The notes under the pieces are model-generated. The model was not told where the DNA came from and did not search any database. It was given only the letters and a program-made list of their open reading frames with translations. DNA of 64,000 bases from the IMG/VR virus record IMGVR_UViG_3300051215_000059, one strand, 5' to 3'. Shown piece by piece: positions 55,171-63,658 of this stretch; positions within the stretch are counted from its first letter, which is position 1, and every line of letters begins with the position of its first letter. The position numbers and the translations under genes were made by a program. The stretch is from a virus (lineage: Duplodnaviria; Heunggongvirae; Uroviricota; Caudoviricetes).

Positions 55171-55599
55171 ATGAGTGTTATTGAAAAACTAAAAGCTGAA
55201 TCCATCGCACTGCGTAAAACTCGCAGTCCCATTGCGCCATCCATTCTTTTTGCACTTAGCGAAATTGAAAAGGTTGGCAAGAATAACGGCAACCGCGAAA
55301 CCACAGAAGACGAAGCCATCAAGGTTATTCAGAAACTTATCGTCACTATTGACGAAAACTTGAAGCTGAATATTGATGATGGTCGGCGTGTTGCTCTAAA
55401 CTTTGAAAAGAATATTCTTTCTGGTGTTCTGCCACAAATGGCCTCAGAAGAAGAAATTCGTTCAAAGCTGGTATTCGCCTTCGGTGGCAAACAGGTCCAA
55501 AATAAGGGCGAGATTATGAAGTGGGCAAAGTCTCACTGGGGTGTTCTTGCCGACATGAAACAAGTTGGCGCAATTGCGTCTGAACTGTTTGGCGTATAA
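55171..55599 (+). CDS. GatB/YqeY-domain protein
   Basis: AGGAAAAGAAA RBS; IEKLKAESIALRK...TEDEAIKVIQKLI resembles YqeY. Confidence 0.55.
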   Translation: MSVIEKLKAESIALRKTRSPIAPSILFALSEIEKVGKNNGNRETTEDEAIKVIQKLIVTIDENLKLNIDDGRRVALNFEKNILSGVLPQMASEEEIRSKLVFAFGGKQVQNKGEIMKWAKSHWGVLADMKQVGAIASELFGV

Positions 55600-55613
55600 A
55601 GAATAGGAAAATA

Positions 55614-56153
55614 ATGACAATACATGCAATGATTGATTTGGAGACGCTTGATGTGTCTCCAACAGCACAAGTTTTATCCATCGGTGGGGTAAAATTTAAT
55701 CCAAACAGTAAAGAAAATCCATTTGATGAGTTTTTCTATCGGGTGGATATTGACTATCAGGAAAGCACTGGTAGAACGGTAAGCACAGAAACGTTGGATT
55801 GGTGGTCCACACAAGACAAAGACGCAATTGAAATGGCGTTCTCACCAGAAGGGCGTGTTTCCCCACATGAAATGCTTCGCCATTTGAAAAAATGGTATGT
55901 TGGCTGTGATGCCATCTGGTCACAACGTATTTTGATGGACGTTGGAATTATACAAAACATGTGCAAGCAATACGATTCTCCCGTTCCTTGGCCATACTGG
56001 GCAATCAAAGACAGTGCCACACTGTTTAGTATTTTGCCAGACGACCCAAGGAAAGCATACACGTTTTTGAAGCATGACCCACTACAGGATGCGAAATTTC
56101 AAGCAAAATCCGTCCAAGATGCTATCGCCACATTGGGTTTGAATATCCGATGA
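55614..56153 (+). CDS. DEDD-family 3'-5' exonuclease (Rv2179c-like exoribonuclease fold)
   Basis: Exo I motif MIDLETLD, later DAIW and H...D motifs. Confidence 0.55.
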   Translation: MTIHAMIDLETLDVSPTAQVLSIGGVKFNPNSKENPFDEFFYRVDIDYQESTGRTVSTETLDWWSTQDKDAIEMAFSPEGRVSPHEMLRHLKKWYVGCDAIWSQRILMDVGIIQNMCKQYDSPVPWPYWAIKDSATLFSILPDDPRKAYTFLKHDPLQDAKFQAKSVQDAIATLGLNIR

Positions 56154-56422
56154 CTAACATAGTAAGTTTGGATGAATATCGGTCCAAAAAAGAAGACTCT
56201 ACCTATCGTCCGCAAGACGAAGTAGAGTCTCTTGAACTCATGAAATCCATTATCACCATACTTTTGAAATACAAATACAATGCGTATGACGTGCAAACAG
56301 CAGAGAATATGATTTTACTGAGCATGTTATTTCAAGCACACATCAATCATTTGAATGATATTGACGATGACTTATTTGAAGTTTTCTCTCTCATTAGTGA
56401 AAGGCTGACAAACAATGAATAA
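56150..56422 (+). CDS. hypothetical protein
   Basis: 90 aa. Confidence 0.45.
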   Translation: MTNIVSLDEYRSKKEDSTYRPQDEVESLELMKSIITILLKYKYNAYDVQTAENMILLSMLFQAHINHLNDIDDDLFEVFSLISERLTNNE

Positions 56423-56963
56423 TGCACTATCATTTGTTGTTTACGATAAATACAACCACAACAATAATAATAACAAGGAATACAAAGAATTGAGTGGGGA
56501 CATTATTACCGAACAGGGACGAAAACAAATTTTGGAAAAAATTCAAATTCTTTCCAAAAAGAAACCACTAATTTCTGAGCAAATTAAAGATGCCAGAGAA
56601 AACGGGGGCGTAGAAGAAAATGAAGAATTTTCTATGGCACTCGAAGAAATGATGAGATTGGATATGGAGATTGCAAAACTCCAATTCATAGCAGAAACAT
56701 ATACTATCATACCAACAAAAGCAAAGGGGGAATATAGTAAGGTCGAAGTTGGGCTGAGTGTGACTGTGAAAAACTTATCGACTGACAAAATTATAACATA
56801 CACAATCCTTGGAGAGACGGACAGCAATCCGTCTGAGGGCGTTATAAGTCATAGATCGCCAGTTGGAAAAGAACTATTAGGATGTTCAATTGGTGATATT
56901 GCTTATATTGAACGAAACAAAGATTATATAGAACTCGAAATTTTGAAAATTTTCGCAAAATAA
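56415..56963 (+). CDS. transcript cleavage factor GreA/GreB-like protein
   Basis: N-terminal coiled-coil ARENGGVEENEEFSMALEE; C-terminal FKBP-like ILGETDSNPSEGVISHRSPVGKELLGCSIGDIAY. Confidence 0.65.
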   Translation: MNNALSFVVYDKYNHNNNNNKEYKELSGDIITEQGRKQILEKIQILSKKKPLISEQIKDARENGGVEENEEFSMALEEMMRLDMEIAKLQFIAETYTIIPTKAKGEYSKVEVGLSVTVKNLSTDKIITYTILGETDSNPSEGVISHRSPVGKELLGCSIGDIAYIERNKDYIELEILKIFAK

Positions 56964-56966
56964 TCA

Positions 56967-56995
56967 TTGACACGACCGACGAATCAGAATATAAG
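56967..56995 (+). promoter_or_regulatory. sigma70-like promoter TTGACA-17-TATAAG with GACGAATC box
   Basis: TTGACACGACCGACGAATCAGAATATAAG. Confidence 0.55.
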
Positions 56996-57027
56996 TAAGA
57001 TGCAAAAGAAACAAACATGGAGCGACA

Positions 57028-57567
57028 ATGAAAAGGTTACACCTTGCAGCGTTTCTCATGAATGCTACTGTAGCAATAGGACTTGCGGGTCTCGGAGTTC
57101 ATGAGGTTAAAGCAGAGTCAGAAAGACGTATAGCGATGGCTACGTCTATTGACAATCAAGTTCAAAAAGTGAACATTGAAAAACAAACAGATTGCCTTGC
57201 AAAAAATATCTATTTTGAGGCACGAAACCAATCGTTTCTTGGGCAACGGGCAGTTGCTTGGGTTACACTCAATCGGGTAAAAGACGAACAATATCCGAAA
57301 AGCGTATGTGAAGTTGTATGGCAAGATGGCCAATTCTCTTGGACAGAGGATGGCAAATCGGATAAACCAAACGACGAAACATCTTGGATGCTTGCACAAT
57401 TCGTTGCCGAAATTGCAATGTATTCATACGGCCAAATTCCAGACCCAACGAATGGCGCGACTATGTATCATGCCGACTACGTTGACCCTTACTGGAGTTC
57501 AAAATTTGTAGAAACCGTTGAGATTGAGGATCACATTTTCTACAAAGACGAGAAAAAAGGTTCTTGA
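57028..57567 (+). CDS. secreted SleB/CwlJ-family cell-wall hydrolase (candidate endolysin)
   Basis: signal peptide; LAKNIYFEARNQSFLGQRAVAWVTLNRV Hydrolase_2 motif. Confidence 0.7.
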   Translation: MKRLHLAAFLMNATVAIGLAGLGVHEVKAESERRIAMATSIDNQVQKVNIEKQTDCLAKNIYFEARNQSFLGQRAVAWVTLNRVKDEQYPKSVCEVVWQDGQFSWTEDGKSDKPNDETSWMLAQFVAEIAMYSYGQIPDPTNGATMYHADYVDPYWSSKFVETVEIEDHIFYKDEKKGS

Positions 57568-57636
57568 CAACGATATACGAATCTGCTATAAATAATGTAT
57601 CAGAAACAAGAACTTAACCGTGGAGAATAAAATGCG

Positions 57637-57789
57637 ACGATGACGGTTACATCTTAATGTTATGACTGACTTATAGATATATGAGACTAATTTAGTATGA
57701 TGAGCGCCGAATAATGGGAATGCTGCTCGTAAAACAAAAAACTAACCTTCAACCTCCACTTGGAGTAAGTGTCATGTAACCGTCATCGT
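57637..57789. repeat. perfect 16-bp inverted repeat flanking a 121-bp ORF-free spacer
   Basis: ACGATGACGGTTACAT 57637-57652 and ATGTAACCGTCATCGT 57774-57789. Confidence 0.6.
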
Positions 57790-57882
57790 TATTTTAATAT
57801 TATTAATCGGTGAAGCCGCAACGAGAAATGCTCACCCAAATCAAAAACTTTCTCTTCTTAAATTTGTCAATATGAGGAAAAT

Positions 57883-58155
57883 ATGGCAAACCCAAATACC
57901 CAGAAGAATCGTCGCCCACAATCAAATCAATCAAACCAGCGGCGTTCTCGGACACCTTCGCTAGATGAAGCAATCAAACTTGTGAAACAACATCGTGGCA
58001 AGGAAAATCTTTACGGTATGCTATCCACGAATGACCGTGGTGATGTCACCGAAGTCGGTGTTTATAACGGAAACACAAAACGATACGCGCTATACCGAAG
58101 CGACCTTGTTGATGCCGACACCCTGACAGAGTTCAAAACAATTCTCGGTAAGTAA
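57883..58155 (+). CDS. hypothetical basic protein
   Basis: GAGGAAAATATG RBS; N-terminal RRPQSNQSNQRRSR. Confidence 0.5.
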   Translation: MANPNTQKNRRPQSNQSNQRRSRTPSLDEAIKLVKQHRGKENLYGMLSTNDRGDVTEVGVYNGNTKRYALYRSDLVDADTLTEFKTILGK

Positions 58156-58186
58156 AAAAAAGGGTGGGCAACGTCCCACCCTTTAT
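58153..58186. terminator. stem-loop terminator flanked by A-run and T-run
   Basis: AAAAAAAAGGGTGGG-caacgt-CCCACCCTTTAT. Confidence 0.6.
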
Positions 58187-58196
58187 CATATGGAAA

Positions 58197-58382
58197 ATGC
58201 AGATGCGTTTTAAAAACAAAAAAGAAATGACCGATTGGGCTTACGAACAATTTGACAAGTTTGGGGTTCGTAAACCAGAATCGTATACTGAACAGGAATT
58301 GATTAATTTAAATCCAAGTGTTCCTGTTGATTTCATAAAACAACATGTAAAAAATAGGAATAAGAATGCGCATAGAAAATGA
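58197..58382 (+). CDS. small hypothetical protein
   Basis: ATG 58197 after terminator, within ORF-track frame. Confidence 0.35.
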   Translation: MQMRFKNKKEMTDWAYEQFDKFGVRKPESYTEQELINLNPSVPVDFIKQHVKNRNKNAHRK

Positions 58383-59538
58383 AGTATTGCTGGATTACAG
58401 CGATGTTCTAATTCGCCCAAAACGAAGCACACTCAAAAGCCGTTCAGATGTAAGTCTGGAACGGTCATATACATTTAGAAACTATGTTTCTGGTCCAAAC
58501 GAAACCATGAATGAAGTGTTTGATCGTAACTACTCTCAATACAAGGGGGTTCCCATCATGGCTGCAAACATGGATGGTGTTGGAACATTTGAAATGGCAG
58601 ACGTTCTATCCAGCCAAAGCATTTTTACTTGCTTGGTAAAAACATATTCGATGGATGAACTCGTTGAGTTCTTTTCACAAAACGTTGAACGTAGAACTCA
58701 ACATGTAGCTATGAGTATTGGCACCAGTAATGCAGACTATGACAAGTTTGTTCAGGTTTATGCCAGAGTTGGTGATAATCTAAAATATCTTTGTATTGAT
58801 GTTGCAAATGGATACAGTCAGCATTTTGTTGAACATGTAAAAAACATTCGCAAAATATATCCAAACATCGTTATCATCGCAGGAAACGTTGTTACCGCAG
58901 ACCAAACACAGGAATTGATTCTAAATGGAGCAGACATTGTTAAAGTTGGGATTGGTCCTGGTAGCGTCTGCACCACTCGGATACAAACTGGTGTCGGTTA
59001 TCCCCAACTCTCGGCTATCATTGAGTGCGCGGATGCGGCTCATGGTCTTGGTGGACATATTATTGCTGACGGGGGCTGTTCTTGTTCTGGGGACGTTGCC
59101 AAGGCTTTTGCAGGGGGTGCTGACTTTGTAATGCTAGGTGGCATGTTGGCTGGCCATGACGAAGGTGGTGGCGAGGTGATAAGTAAATGGTATAACACAG
59201 GTGAATACAAACACACTGGCACACCAGAAACTTTTGAAAGTTTTCAACCCATCATCGCAGAAAAGAAATTTGTTCAGTTCTATGGTATGAGTAGCGATGC
59301 TGCTAACACTAAACACTTTGGTGGCCTCAAAGATTATCGGGCAAGTGAAGGCAGAGAAGTATTGGTTCCGTATCGTGGAAATGTATCCAATACCATTCAA
59401 ACTATTCTTGGCGGAATACGTTCAACTTGCACTTATGTTGGCGCACCTACCTTGAAACAACTCAGTAAATGCACCACATTTATTAGGGTAAATAATCAGT
59501 ATAATCGGACATATGAGTCCACAACAACAAAAATGTAA
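58366..59538 (+). CDS. guaC: GMP reductase (IMPDH/GMPR family)
   Basis: N-terminus [29 protein letters not shown] and [33 protein letters not shown] match GuaC. Confidence 0.85.
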   Translation: MRIENEVLLDYSDVLIRPKRSTLKSRSDVSLERSYTFRNYVSGPNETMNEVFDRNYSQYKGVPIMAANMDGVGTFEMADVLSSQSIFTCLVKTYSMDELVEFFSQNVERRTQHVAMSIGTSNADYDKFVQVYARVGDNLKYLCIDVANGYSQHFVEHVKNIRKIYPNIVIIAGNVVTADQTQELILNGADIVKVGIGPGSVCTTRIQTGVGYPQLSAIIECADAAHGLGGHIIADGGCSCSGDVAKAFAGGADFVMLGGMLAGHDEGGGEVISKWYNTGEYKHTGTPETFESFQPIIAEKKFVQFYGMSSDAANTKHFGGLKDYRASEGREVLVPYRGNVSNTIQTILGGIRSTCTYVGAPTLKQLSKCTTFIRVNNQYNRTYESTTTKM

Positions 59539-59547
59539 GGAAACAAA

Positions 59548-59748
59548 ATGGAAATTCTATTCTTTCTACTAATATTCTCGTTTGGCGTAGGATATTGGGC
59601 AAACTCTTGGGGTCGAAATGGTTGGGGTTGGGGCATAGTAGCCTTCATTCTTTCTCCCCTGCTTGTAGGTATAGCACTGCTTATTGCTGGTAAAACTGTA
59701 GAAAAGAAAGCAGAGGAAGCAAAACGTATCAAGGATATTGTTGGCTGA
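59548..59748 (+). CDS. small membrane protein
   Basis: AAGGAAACAAA RBS; two TM helices. Confidence 0.5.
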   Translation: MEILFFLLIFSFGVGYWANSWGRNGWGWGIVAFILSPLLVGIALLIAGKTVEKKAEEAKRIKDIVG

Positions 59749-59754
59749 TAATGA

Positions 59755-60027
59755 ATGTATGATAAGAACTCCAACCTCGATTATAAAGTAAACATCGTTA
59801 ACTCGCGATACATACACGGGGCTGGACTTCCATACACTGTTGTTGTTAGTTTCGATTTAGGAAATTACGACAACCATCATATAAAAAAATGCATCAAAGA
59901 TTTTCGTAACCTTCTTTCTGAAAACTGTGGAAAAGACATAGGAATATATTTTGACAAATATAGTATGATGGCAACTCTCAGTTTTCGCAACGAAGATGAT
60001 GCAGCAATATTTACAATGTTGATATAG
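59755..60027 (+). CDS. hypothetical protein
   Basis: 90 aa. Confidence 0.45.
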   Translation: MYDKNSNLDYKVNIVNSRYIHGAGLPYTVVVSFDLGNYDNHHIKKCIKDFRNLLSENCGKDIGIYFDKYSMMATLSFRNEDDAAIFTMLI

Positions 60028-60028
60028 A

Positions 60029-60457
60029 ATGAAAGTAGGATTTACAGCTTCGTCATTTGATTTACTACACTCAGGTCACACACTGATGCTTGAAGAAGCT
60101 AAAACAGTGTGTGACTATCTTATTGTAGGACTTCAAACTGACCCGACAATAGACCGCCCACAGAAGAACAAACCAGTTCAAACTGTGGTTGAGAGATACT
60201 TGCAACTAAGAGCATGTAAGTATGTTGATGAAATTATCCCATACGCTACCGAACAAGACTTGGAAGATATTCTTTCTGGTATGCATATTGATATTCGTAT
60301 TCTTGGTGTTGAATACAGAGACATGGATTTCACAGGCAGAGACATCTGCAAAAAACGTGGAATTGAAATTTACTTCAACCAAAGAGATCACAGATTTAGT
60401 TCAAGTGACCTAAGAAAAAGAGTAACGAATGAAGAACTACAAAAGACCCAAAAGTAA
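60029..60457 (+). CDS. cytidylyltransferase-like nucleotidyltransferase (TagD/RfaE-domain-II-like)
   Basis: MKVGFTASSFDLLHSGHTLML (HxGH motif). Confidence 0.65.
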   Translation: MKVGFTASSFDLLHSGHTLMLEEAKTVCDYLIVGLQTDPTIDRPQKNKPVQTVVERYLQLRACKYVDEIIPYATEQDLEDILSGMHIDIRILGVEYRDMDFTGRDICKKRGIEIYFNQRDHRFSSSDLRKRVTNEELQKTQK

Positions 60458-60743
60458 AGGCGACCATAAATATACCATATATCAAGATGGAAACATTACA
60501 ATGTATTATAGATACGGGTGTCTTCATAGAGAGAAAGGTGCTGCATATATTGACCACACTGTAAATAGAAAGATATATTATCGTTATGGCAAGATACATC
60601 GCAATGATGGTCCAGCCGATATTATTGAAAATGAGTTTTCAGACTTCTATTTGAATGGTGAACGATATAATTTTGACGAATGGGTCAACAAAACGAATGC
60701 GTCTGATGAAGTAAAGGCGCATCTTATTTTATTATATGGATGA
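60429..60743 (+). CDS. MORN-repeat-like protein (start uncertain)
   Basis: repeats YYRYGCLHREKGAAY / YYRYGKIHRNDGPAD. Confidence 0.4.
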   Translation: MKNYKRPKSKGDHKYTIYQDGNITMYYRYGCLHREKGAAYIDHTVNRKIYYRYGKIHRNDGPADIIENEFSDFYLNGERYNFDEWVNKTNASDEVKAHLILLYG

Positions 60744-60747
60744 AAAA

Positions 60748-60996
60748 ATGAAAGCAAAAATATATACCAAGAATGGATGCAGTTATTGCATTCAGGCAAA
60801 AACTCTATTGCAAATTCGTGGTGTTCAGTATGAAGAACTGAATGTTGAGTTTGTGGATGGAGCGAAAGAAAACATGCTTGCAGAATGTGCGGCAGTAAAT
60901 TACACTCCAAGAACATATCCTCAAATATGGGTAGATGGAAATCACATTGGTGGATTCACTGAACTAAAAGCATACTTTGACAAAGTAGTATGTTGA
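60748..60996 (+). CDS. glutaredoxin / NrdH-like redoxin
   Basis: MKAKIYTKNGCSYC CxxC thioredoxin-fold start. Confidence 0.7.
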   Translation: MKAKIYTKNGCSYCIQAKTLLQIRGVQYEELNVEFVDGAKENMLAECAAVNYTPRTYPQIWVDGNHIGGFTELKAYFDKVVC

Positions 60997-60999
60997 CCG

Positions 61000-61560
61000 A
61001 ATCATAGAGTCTATGATACTCTTATAAAGTCAGGTGTATACCTGTCATATAAAGGTAGTAAAACTTATAACACAGACAATGAGGATGTATCCTCTGTTAC
61101 GTTTTCGGTAGTAATAAACCACTATGCGAATAGATATAGTGACAATGTGTGCTCTGGCATTTTACCGATGCCAGAGTTCGTTTATGTAATCAAGATGACC
61201 ACTTGAAAAATGAGCGGGCAATCCATGACACTTAGGGAACCCGCAAGACTGCTAATGTTATTCATACAGCTATAGCAAGTCTGCGTCATAATAAGTTAGA
61301 ACGTAAAATGGCACCGCGTGACCACCATAACCTGACGTAACAAGGTTGTTCTGTATGAAGTATCAGTGTGACGGAAAAGATTTCCCCATAGATACACGCT
61401 TGCCAGCCTGAAGGCAAAGTGTATCTTGGCTCTGGAAATGATATAAGAAAATAATATCATAACTAAAAAATTATGATGGATATGAATGACGAAGCGATAG
61501 CAAGGAATGAGTGTCCATCATAATTTGATACTTACAGAGTAAGTATCTGTATGAATCCAC
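61000..61560. other. about 560-bp ORF-free region with several local hairpins
   Basis: no ORF of 60 aa or more on either strand; palindrome ATCATAGAGTCTATGAT 61001-61017; 9-bp stem GATACTTAC/GTAAGTATC 61527-61548; 7-bp stem ATCATAA/TTATGAT around 61455-61478. Confidence 0.5.
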
Positions 61561-61589
61561 TTGACAAATGAATCTGCATAGTATATGTA
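61561..61589 (+). promoter_or_regulatory. putative promoter TTGACA-17-TATGTA
   Basis: TTGACAAATGAATCTGCATAGTATATGTA upstream of 61619 gene. Confidence 0.35.
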
Positions 61590-61618
61590 TGGATTCGAAA
61601 TAACCGATAGGAAATCAC

Positions 61619-62728
61619 ATGACCGCATACTATGCCTTTCTATTCCTTATCCCTGTTGTGATATGGATTGGAATCACAAAGACCTTCCTACACATGAACA
61701 TCACTTGGGGTGAAGTTGCTATTCAATTTGTAGCAACAAGTCTTATCATTTTTCTGGTATTTCTTGCTGGCATTGGGTCACAGACAAGTGATGTAAAATT
61801 CGTAAATGGCGTAGTAACTGAACTCGTCAAAGAAAGAAAGTCTTGCAATCAATATTGGAGCGATTGGCCAGATAGCTTCTGCACCAATCAACAAACAAGA
61901 ACGGTAAGGAATGGGCAAACTTGCACAACCGTCAATAATAAACGCACTTGCACTCCAAAATACAAAACTCAATATCGTTCAAAATATTCTTGGGAACAAA
62001 AGTATTTTATTGAAACAACGATTGACACGTATCAAATTTCTCGTGTTGATGCCCAAGGCGTAAACATTCCGCCTCGCGTTGCAGAAGCGAATGTTGGTGA
62101 CCCTGTATCTGGTCAAGTATCGTATACAAACTATATTCGTGGTGCGTCTACAAGTCTCTTCAACAAACATCTGAAACCAGAAGAACTGCCTTCTATCTCC
62201 TATCCTGCCATCTATGACTTCTATCGTTCTGACCGTGTGATTACTGTTGATTATTCTATGCCAGAAACAATGAAAGCAGAATGGAACAAGAAACTTTCTA
62301 TTCTAAACTCTGATATTGTGAAAACTGGCGCAAACGTAATCATTGTAGTAACCAGTAAGAATCAAGACTTTGCTGAACAACTGGCACAATCTTGGGATGC
62401 CCATAATATCAATGACGTAATCGTTGTGATTGGTATGGCAGACAACAATATTTCTTGGGTGGATGTGCGTAGTTGGAGTGAAGATAGCATTGTAAACGTG
62501 AAAATCCGTGATGCAATTTATGATGCGAAAGTTCTTGACATTGATACGATCAATACCTATATTGGGAATGTGATTCGAAGCGACTACAAACTTCAATCAA
62601 TGGACGACTTTGAATACCTGTCCAACGACATTGTTCCGCCTACTTGGGCATTTGTCTTGGCACTCATCGTGCTTCTAATTGTAACCCCTGCAATCACCTA
62701 TGTGATGAACAAATATAAAATCGTCTAA
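61619..62728 (+). CDS. membrane protein (N-terminal 2 TM, C-terminal TM), positional partner of LemA
   Basis: 369 aa; TM helices at both ends. Confidence 0.55.
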   Translation: MTAYYAFLFLIPVVIWIGITKTFLHMNITWGEVAIQFVATSLIIFLVFLAGIGSQTSDVKFVNGVVTELVKERKSCNQYWSDWPDSFCTNQQTRTVRNGQTCTTVNNKRTCTPKYKTQYRSKYSWEQKYFIETTIDTYQISRVDAQGVNIPPRVAEANVGDPVSGQVSYTNYIRGASTSLFNKHLKPEELPSISYPAIYDFYRSDRVITVDYSMPETMKAEWNKKLSILNSDIVKTGANVIIVVTSKNQDFAEQLAQSWDAHNINDVIVVIGMADNNISWVDVRSWSEDSIVNVKIRDAIYDAKVLDIDTINTYIGNVIRSDYKLQSMDDFEYLSNDIVPPTWAFVLALIVLLIVTPAITYVMNKYKIV

Positions 62729-62738
62729 GGAGAAAAAG

Positions 62739-63284
62739 ATGAAATACCTAATCGCTGCCCTTGTCTTTGTTGTCGGTCTGGTTGGCCTTGTGTTCATGAG
62801 TTATGTGTCCGCGTATAACACTGGTAACCGACTTGAAAATCAGATTGTCGCAACATTTGAAGACAACAAAAACATTCTTGCTCAATACAGTAATCGTATT
62901 GCGGAAGCCGCTCAAATCCCCGCAATGCAACGAGACGATTTGACTGCGGTTGTAACCGCTGCCCTTGATGCTCGTTATGGAGAAGAAGGTTCAAAAGCTA
63001 TGTTCCAGTTCATTCAGGAACAAAACCCAACCATTGACAGCACTGTATACACTCAACTACAACGCATGATTGAAGCGGGTCGTATTGACTTTGCAACTGC
63101 CCAAACTCGGTTGATTGATCAGAAACGTGTATATGAAACTGCCCTTGGTTCATTCTGGCAAGGCACTTGGATGCGAGTCGCTGGATATCCAAAAATTAAT
63201 CTTGACGACTACAAGATTGTGACCAATGCCCGAACTGAAGAAGCGTTCAAGACTGGTGTCGAAGAACCACTCAAACTACGATAA
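62739..63284 (+). CDS. lemA: LemA-family membrane protein
   Basis: GGAGAAAAAG RBS; N-terminal TM then YNTGNRLENQIVATFEDNKNIL...QRDDLTAVV LemA core. Confidence 0.7.
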   Translation: MKYLIAALVFVVGLVGLVFMSYVSAYNTGNRLENQIVATFEDNKNILAQYSNRIAEAAQIPAMQRDDLTAVVTAALDARYGEEGSKAMFQFIQEQNPTIDSTVYTQLQRMIEAGRIDFATAQTRLIDQKRVYETALGSFWQGTWMRVAGYPKINLDDYKIVTNARTEEAFKTGVEEPLKLR

Positions 63285-63293
63285 TCTCAACAA

Positions 63294-63320
63294 AAGGCGG
63301 CTTCGGTCGCCTTTTTTATT
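63294..63320 (+). terminator. rho-independent terminator
   Basis: AAGGCGGC-ttcg-GTCGCCTT then TTTTTATTT; same TTCG tetraloop design as terminator at 32734. Confidence 0.75.
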
Positions 63321-63348
63321 TGACAATCTTGGGTTATCAACTTATCAT
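63320..63348 (+). promoter_or_regulatory. sigma70-like promoter TTGACA-17-TATCAT
   Basis: TTGACAATCTTGGGTTATCAACTTATCAT immediately after terminator. Confidence 0.5.
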
Positions 63349-63377
63349 AGAAGTATAGAAACAGAAAGGAACCGAAG

Positions 63378-63578
63378 ATGAAAGTAAAATACGAAGTCTG
63401 CACTATTGAATCAGAACGTGGTTGGGGACAAAAACGAGAATATGCTTTGTTTGATACGATAGAAGAAGCCATCAAGTATCGTGACCATATCAACTCATTC
63501 AATGAGCCACCAGAAGCAATCGCACCTGATTGGTATATGATTGCCGAACAAGAAATACGAGTTGTGGAACAAAAATAA
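63378..63578 (+). CDS. hypothetical protein
   Basis: AGGAACCGAAG RBS then ATG. Confidence 0.5.
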   Translation: MKVKYEVCTIESERGWGQKREYALFDTIEEAIKYRDHINSFNEPPEAIAPDWYMIAEQEIRVVEQK

Positions 63579-63600
63579 AGAGGGGAAACCCTCTTTTTTA
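63579..63600 (+). terminator. rho-independent terminator with GNRA tetraloop
   Basis: AGAGGG-gaaa-CCCTCT then TTTTTT. Confidence 0.75.
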
Positions 63601-63601
63601 T

Positions 63602-63630
63602 TTGACAAGGTAAGAATCATACTGTATGGT
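63602..63630 (+). promoter_or_regulatory. putative promoter TTGACA-17-TATGGT (weak -10)
   Basis: TTGACAAGGTAAGAATCATACTGTATGGT, contains GAATC box. Confidence 0.35.
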
Positions 63631-63658
63631 GTAACAGTAATGAGAAAGGAATCACCAA

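Noticed and set aside
60996-61030. TTGACCGAATC as a ninth member of the CGAATC promoter family
   Set aside because: The CGAATC box abuts the -35 element instead of sitting 4 nt before the -10. The -10 candidate (ATACTC) is poor and no ORF follows for about 600 bp.
61585-61600. GGATTCGAA (T-loop-like TTCGAATCC on minus strand) suggesting a tRNA
   Set aside because: Flanking sequence does not give a 5-bp T-stem or an acceptor/anticodon arm; no cloverleaf could be drawn. No tRNA called anywhere in the window.
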